In this document: one piece after another, positions 61,025-64,000 of the stretch | Layout of the letters: the number at the start of each line of letters is the position of its first letter | Position numbering within the stretch: the stretch's first letter is position 1 | NCBI GenBank assembly: GCA_027859095.1 | Contig: JAQIBN010000006.1 | Location: forward strand, 18,008 to 82,007 | DNA length: 64,000 nt | Source: Spirochaetia bacterium | Lineage (GTDB): Bacteria; Spirochaetota; Spirochaetia; B11-G9 | Direction of reading: 5' to 3' | Notes under the pieces: model-generated | What the model saw: only the letters and a program-made list of their open reading frames with translations | What the model was told of the DNA's origin: nothing | Database searches by the model: none | Position numbers and translations under genes: made by a program

Positions 61025-61573
61025 ATGAAACTTGTTTGCGGTATTGATGAAGCTGGAAGAGGGCCAATTGCAGGGCCGGTAACAGCAGGGGCTGTAATTC
61101 TTCCAATTGATTTTCCATATGAAATATTAAATGATTCAAAATTATTAAGTGAAAAAAAGCGTGAATTTGCAGCAGAAATTATTCTTAAAAAATCTATAGC
61201 ATATGGAATTGGTTGGGTCTGGCCACCTGAAATCGATAAAATAAATATTCATCATGCATCCCTATTAGCAATGAAACGAGCTTATGGCCAATTGAAAGTT
61301 AAAGCTGATTTTACAATGATCGATGGTAAATTTACTCCTGATATTGATGTGAAATCTGAAGCTATCGTAAAAGGCGATTTAAAAATCAGAGAAATTCAGG
61401 CAGCTTCAATCTTAGCTAAAACAGCTAGAGATAGATGGATGATTAGATATTCCTGGATTGATGGTAGATATGGATTTGAAAAACATAAAGGATACCCTAC
61501 AAAATATCACAGGGAACAATGTTTGGAATACGGAATATCATATATACATAGAAAAAGTTTTAAAATTCTCTAA
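61025..61573 (+). CDS. rnhB: Ribonuclease HII.
   Basis: MKLVCGIDEAGRGPIAGPV is the canonical RNase HII N-terminus. Confidence 0.9.
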   Translation: MKLVCGIDEAGRGPIAGPVTAGAVILPIDFPYEILNDSKLLSEKKREFAAEIILKKSIAYGIGWVWPPEIDKINIHHASLLAMKRAYGQLKVKADFTMIDGKFTPDIDVKSEAIVKGDLKIREIQAASILAKTARDRWMIRYSWIDGRYGFEKHKGYPTKYHREQCLEYGISYIHRKSFKIL

Positions 61574-61630
61574 TACTGACTGAAGACAAAAATAAGTTAT
61601 ACTAGTCTTCAGTCCAGAATGACAAAAATA

Positions 61631-61894
61631 TTACCTTTTATTTTTGTTTTTGTTTCTAACAATAAAATCTGATGCTTTCTGGAAAGATTCAATAAATTCT
61701 TCAATATCCTCTTCAAAAACCATTACAGAATGTCGCTCAAAACCTTCTTCACCATGCTTTTTACTTTCTACTATGTTTAGAAAAAGATCCCCGTGCCTGT
61801 TCTCTTTTACATTAAAAAAATAGGTCCGCTTATCAGAGTTGGCTCTGGTAGAAAAAACTTCACCTCTTAATCCCATAACAATATCCTGCTTCAT
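61631..61894 (-). CDS. PUR-alpha-like nucleic-acid-binding protein (DUF3276).
   Basis: [56 protein letters not shown] shows the PUR repeat pattern. Confidence 0.55.
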   Translation of the reverse strand: MKQDIVMGLRGEVFSTRANSDKRTYFFNVKENRHGDLFLNIVESKKHGEEGFERHSVMVFEEDIEEFIESFQKASDFIVRNKNKNKR

Positions 61895-62038
61895 ATTAAA
61901 ATTTTCAAGTGGATACTACTCTATCACTTACTAAGTTGCAATAGCTACAAAATTCTTCACATCTACTTGACGATTATAACCATATTTAGTATACATATGA
62001 AACTAAAACATACGAGTATATTACTCGGGTGTTTAAAT

Positions 62039-62109
62039 GCGTCTGTCGTATAATGGTATTACCTCAGCCTTCCAAGCTGATGACGTCGGTTCGATTCCGA
62101 TCAGACGCT
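62039..62109 (+). tRNA. tRNA-Gly (anticodon UCC).
   Basis: It has a 7-bp acceptor stem GCGTCTG/CAGACGC and the anticodon loop CUUCCAA in a UCAGC/GCUGA stem. The T-arm GGTTCGATTCC is present. No CCA is encoded. Confidence 0.85.
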
Positions 62110-62118
62110 CTTAATTTC

Positions 62119-62158
62119 AAACCTAAATGCTTATATAATAAGCGTTTAGGTTTTTTTA
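62119..62158 (+). terminator. Rho-independent terminator after tRNA-Gly.
   Basis: AAACCTAAATGCTTAT-ATA-ATAAGCGTTTAGGTTT is followed by TTTTTATT. Confidence 0.6.
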
Positions 62159-62497
62159 TTGTTTGTTTTTTCCTGCTGTCTGAGAAAATTGTGAGAAAAG
62201 ACAGAAACAAATGATAAGGGTTAAAAGTCTCAAACCTCAATTTGATAATTACCTGGATGTTACTGTGCACATATAAGTTAAATACTTTAGAGCAAGATAT
62301 AATTGAAGATCAAATAAATGCTGATATGCACGAAGATATTGAAGATTATTTATATTCAGTGTATTTAGATTCGATTAGAGATGAAAATTAGAAATTTTCC
62401 CATGGCTCCTACTGTGTTTTTATATTGGGAAATAACAGAGAGACGACCAGGAAGTTAATTGCATAAAGCAGGGTTATACCAAGTTTTTTAGAGTGAT

Positions 62498-64000
62498 TCA
62501 CATCCCAATCCGATTCTTCTTAAAATTCTCCGCCTGTTCAAATATCTCTTTATACACTTCGTCCCGATCAACCGGTGGATAATCATTTTCAGCAAGTAAA
62601 ATTATGAGGTCAGCCTTTAACTCAGCTTTAATATCGTCCCGCCGACTCCAGTCTGTGTATTTAGCTTTATCATCTACAACAAGTTTAACTTTTCCAGCTA
62701 AAACAAGCAGCTTATCTTCCGGATAGTTAAAATCATATTTATGGGCAAGAGCCTTAAGAATGTCATAAAAGGCCTTTTCCTCAAAATCAATACCAAGATC
62801 TACAAAGGATTCTTTCTCTTTTTTCATGGCATTGTAGAGATCGATAATTTCATCGGCAAAATCATCCATCACTTCGCTTCTTAAAGTATCTTCCTCTTTC
62901 CGTTCATTGTATTTATCTACTATGGCTTTAAATTTTTTAGAGAAATCGATTCCCTGCATCTTATTCACCTTTTTAAACTCTTCAATAGCCTTCTTGAGTA
63001 ACAGCTGGAGAAGTTTGATTTTTGTATTGGGAAGTTTAATCTTAGCAATTTTTGCCAGGTAATCTTCATCGAAAATATCGATTTGAGTTTCTTCACTGTC
63101 ACCGAGTTTGAAAATTTCTTCAACTCCATCGCTCTGAATAGCTTCTTTTATCAATTCCCGCACTCTGGCATTCATCTGTGCCGTATCTGGAGCAGCTCCT
63201 TTTGTCAGTTTAAAAACGATGGATCGCACTGCCAGATAAAAATGAATCAGATCCCGTTGTCTTTGAGAGAAGGCTTCGTTTCCACAACAGATATCGTAGG
63301 CACTCTTGAGTCGTTTTACCAGATTCATGAACCGGTGTTCCATCTTCTGTGTTTTCTGTACATATTCAGAGGCATTATTGAGGCATTGGAGCTGTTCAAT
63401 TGGACTGCCATGAATGTATGAAGAAATATCAAAATGATGAAAGAGCATTTTTAGAAGATCCAGATGATCTTTAACAATGATGATGGACTGCTCGATATCT
63501 TCGAAATTGGAAACGTCTGTTTTGGAAAAATGAGCCAGTGCCTGGTTCATCTGAGATTTTATTCCTATATAGTCGATGACCAGTCCTTTCTCTTTATTTT
63601 TATATTTGCGGTTTACTCTCGATATGGTCTGGATCAGGCTGTGCTTTTGAATGGGTTTATCGATGTAGATGGAATCTAGAAATGGTACATCGAAACCTGT
63701 AAGCCACATATCGACAACAATGGCTATCTTGAAATTGGATTTTGCACTTTTGAATTGCCGATCCAGTTCTTTCCGGTATTCTTTGGTTCCCAGCAGATTA
63801 TAAAACTCTAGAGGATCATCCTGGCCACGGGTCATTATCATTTTTACCCGTTCTATGGGTTTTATCTCTTTCTTTTCTTTGTCATTGAGGATTACACCTT
63901 CTTCACAAATTAGGACTTCGGCCCATTGTGATCTGATGGCAATGATCTGTTTATATAAGTCGTAGGCTATGAACCGGCTACTGCAGACAAAAAGAGCCTT
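62498..64000 (-). CDS. hsdR: Type I restriction enzyme R subunit (HsdR), C-terminal part. The N-terminal region lies beyond the window.
   Basis: VDMWLTGFDVP and QTISRVNR are helicase motifs V and VI of HsdR. The frame is open to base 64000. Confidence 0.8.
   Translation of the reverse strand, partial: KALFVCSSRFIAYDLYKQIIAIRSQWAEVLICEEGVILNDKEKKEIKPIERVKMIMTRGQDDPLEFYNLLGTKEYRKELDRQFKSAKSNFKIAIVVDMWLTGFDVPFLDSIYIDKPIQKHSLIQTISRVNRKYKNKEKGLVIDYIGIKSQMNQALAHFSKTDVSNFEDIEQSIIIVKDHLDLLKMLFHHFDISSYIHGSPIEQLQCLNNASEYVQKTQKMEHRFMNLVKRLKSAYDICCGNEAFSQRQRDLIHFYLAVRSIVFKLTKGAAPDTAQMNARVRELIKEAIQSDGVEEIFKLGDSEETQIDIFDEDYLAKIAKIKLPNTKIKLLQLLLKKAIEEFKKVNKMQGIDFSKKFKAIVDKYNERKEEDTLRSEVMDDFADEIIDLYNAMKKEKESFVDLGIDFEEKAFYDILKALAHKYDFNYPEDKLLVLAGKVKLVVDDKAKYTDWSRRDDIKAELKADLIILLAENDYPPVDRDEVYKEIFEQAENFKKNRIGM

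Noticed and set aside
60801-61139. A 112-aa minus-strand ORF (60801..61139) covers the GC-rich element and the rnhB start.
   Set aside because: It overlaps the well-supported rnhB N-terminus and promoter. The sequence is low-complexity (LLPALQLALFQL), so it is most likely an artefact of the GC-rich structured element.
62220-62400. A short open frame (about 34 codons, ..EQDIIEDQINADMHEDIEDYLYSVYLDSIRDEN) between tRNA-Gly and hsdR. It could be a small gene.
   Set aside because: It has no start codon and no ribosome-binding site, and it is too short to assign. It is kept only as a possible remnant.
1-64000. CRISPR arrays, rRNA genes, IS elements/transposases and integrases.
   Set aside because: No regularly spaced direct repeats, rRNA-like conserved blocks or transposase/integrase-like ORFs were found on either strand.

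Overview
This is an AT-rich (roughly 36-40% GC) bacterial chromosomal segment with densely packed genes on both strands. It looks like accessory or metabolic-island sequence rather than a core operon region.

Gene content, left to right:
- 1-4530: a decaying locus. It holds a 5'-truncated TPP-dependent enzyme of the acetolactate-synthase family, a frameshifted and deleted class I aminotransferase pseudogene, a substrate-binding-protein (SBP) gene remnant, an intact NitT/TauT-type ABC ATPase and permease, and a fragmented asd pseudogene.
- 4594-7495: an SPFH/flotillin operon.
- 7736-10479: small metabolic and membrane genes. One of them is preceded by a textbook sigma-54 promoter.
- 10601-16694: a sugar/polyol catabolic cluster (AKR, Zn-ADH, mutarotase-like protein, AraC regulator, PfkB kinase, AEC permease).
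- 17928-26492: a peptidase-oppABCDF operon read from a sigma-54 promoter. Its PrpR_N/PAS/AAA+ enhancer-binding protein (EBP) is encoded divergently at 26679-28736.
- 29069-30583: an amidase.
- 30849-46618: an L-rhamnose utilisation locus. It contains a DeoR regulator, rhaB, an aldolase, rhaA, a URO-D-like protein, ABC transporter genes, rhaM, an AraA-like isomerase and an AraC regulator. A low-GC toxin-antitoxin island (VapBC, PD-(D/E)xK nuclease-like gene, Phd-VapC) splits it at 33131-35324.
- 46685-47833: a dpaL pseudogene.
- 48990-57930: wrbA, marR, a two-component system beside a NOX/FRE-like flavocytochrome operon, and a hybrid-HK/RidA/PLP-decarboxylase operon.
- 58020-58937: an orphan beta-class DNA methyltransferase.
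- 61025-64000: rnhB, a PUR-alpha-like protein, tRNA-Gly(UCC) and, directly downstream, a partial type I restriction hsdR.

Non-coding signals: two sigma-54 promoters, several terminator or intercistronic hairpins, candidate operators, and a GC-rich structured element present in two diverged copies.

No CRISPR array, rRNA or transposase was seen.
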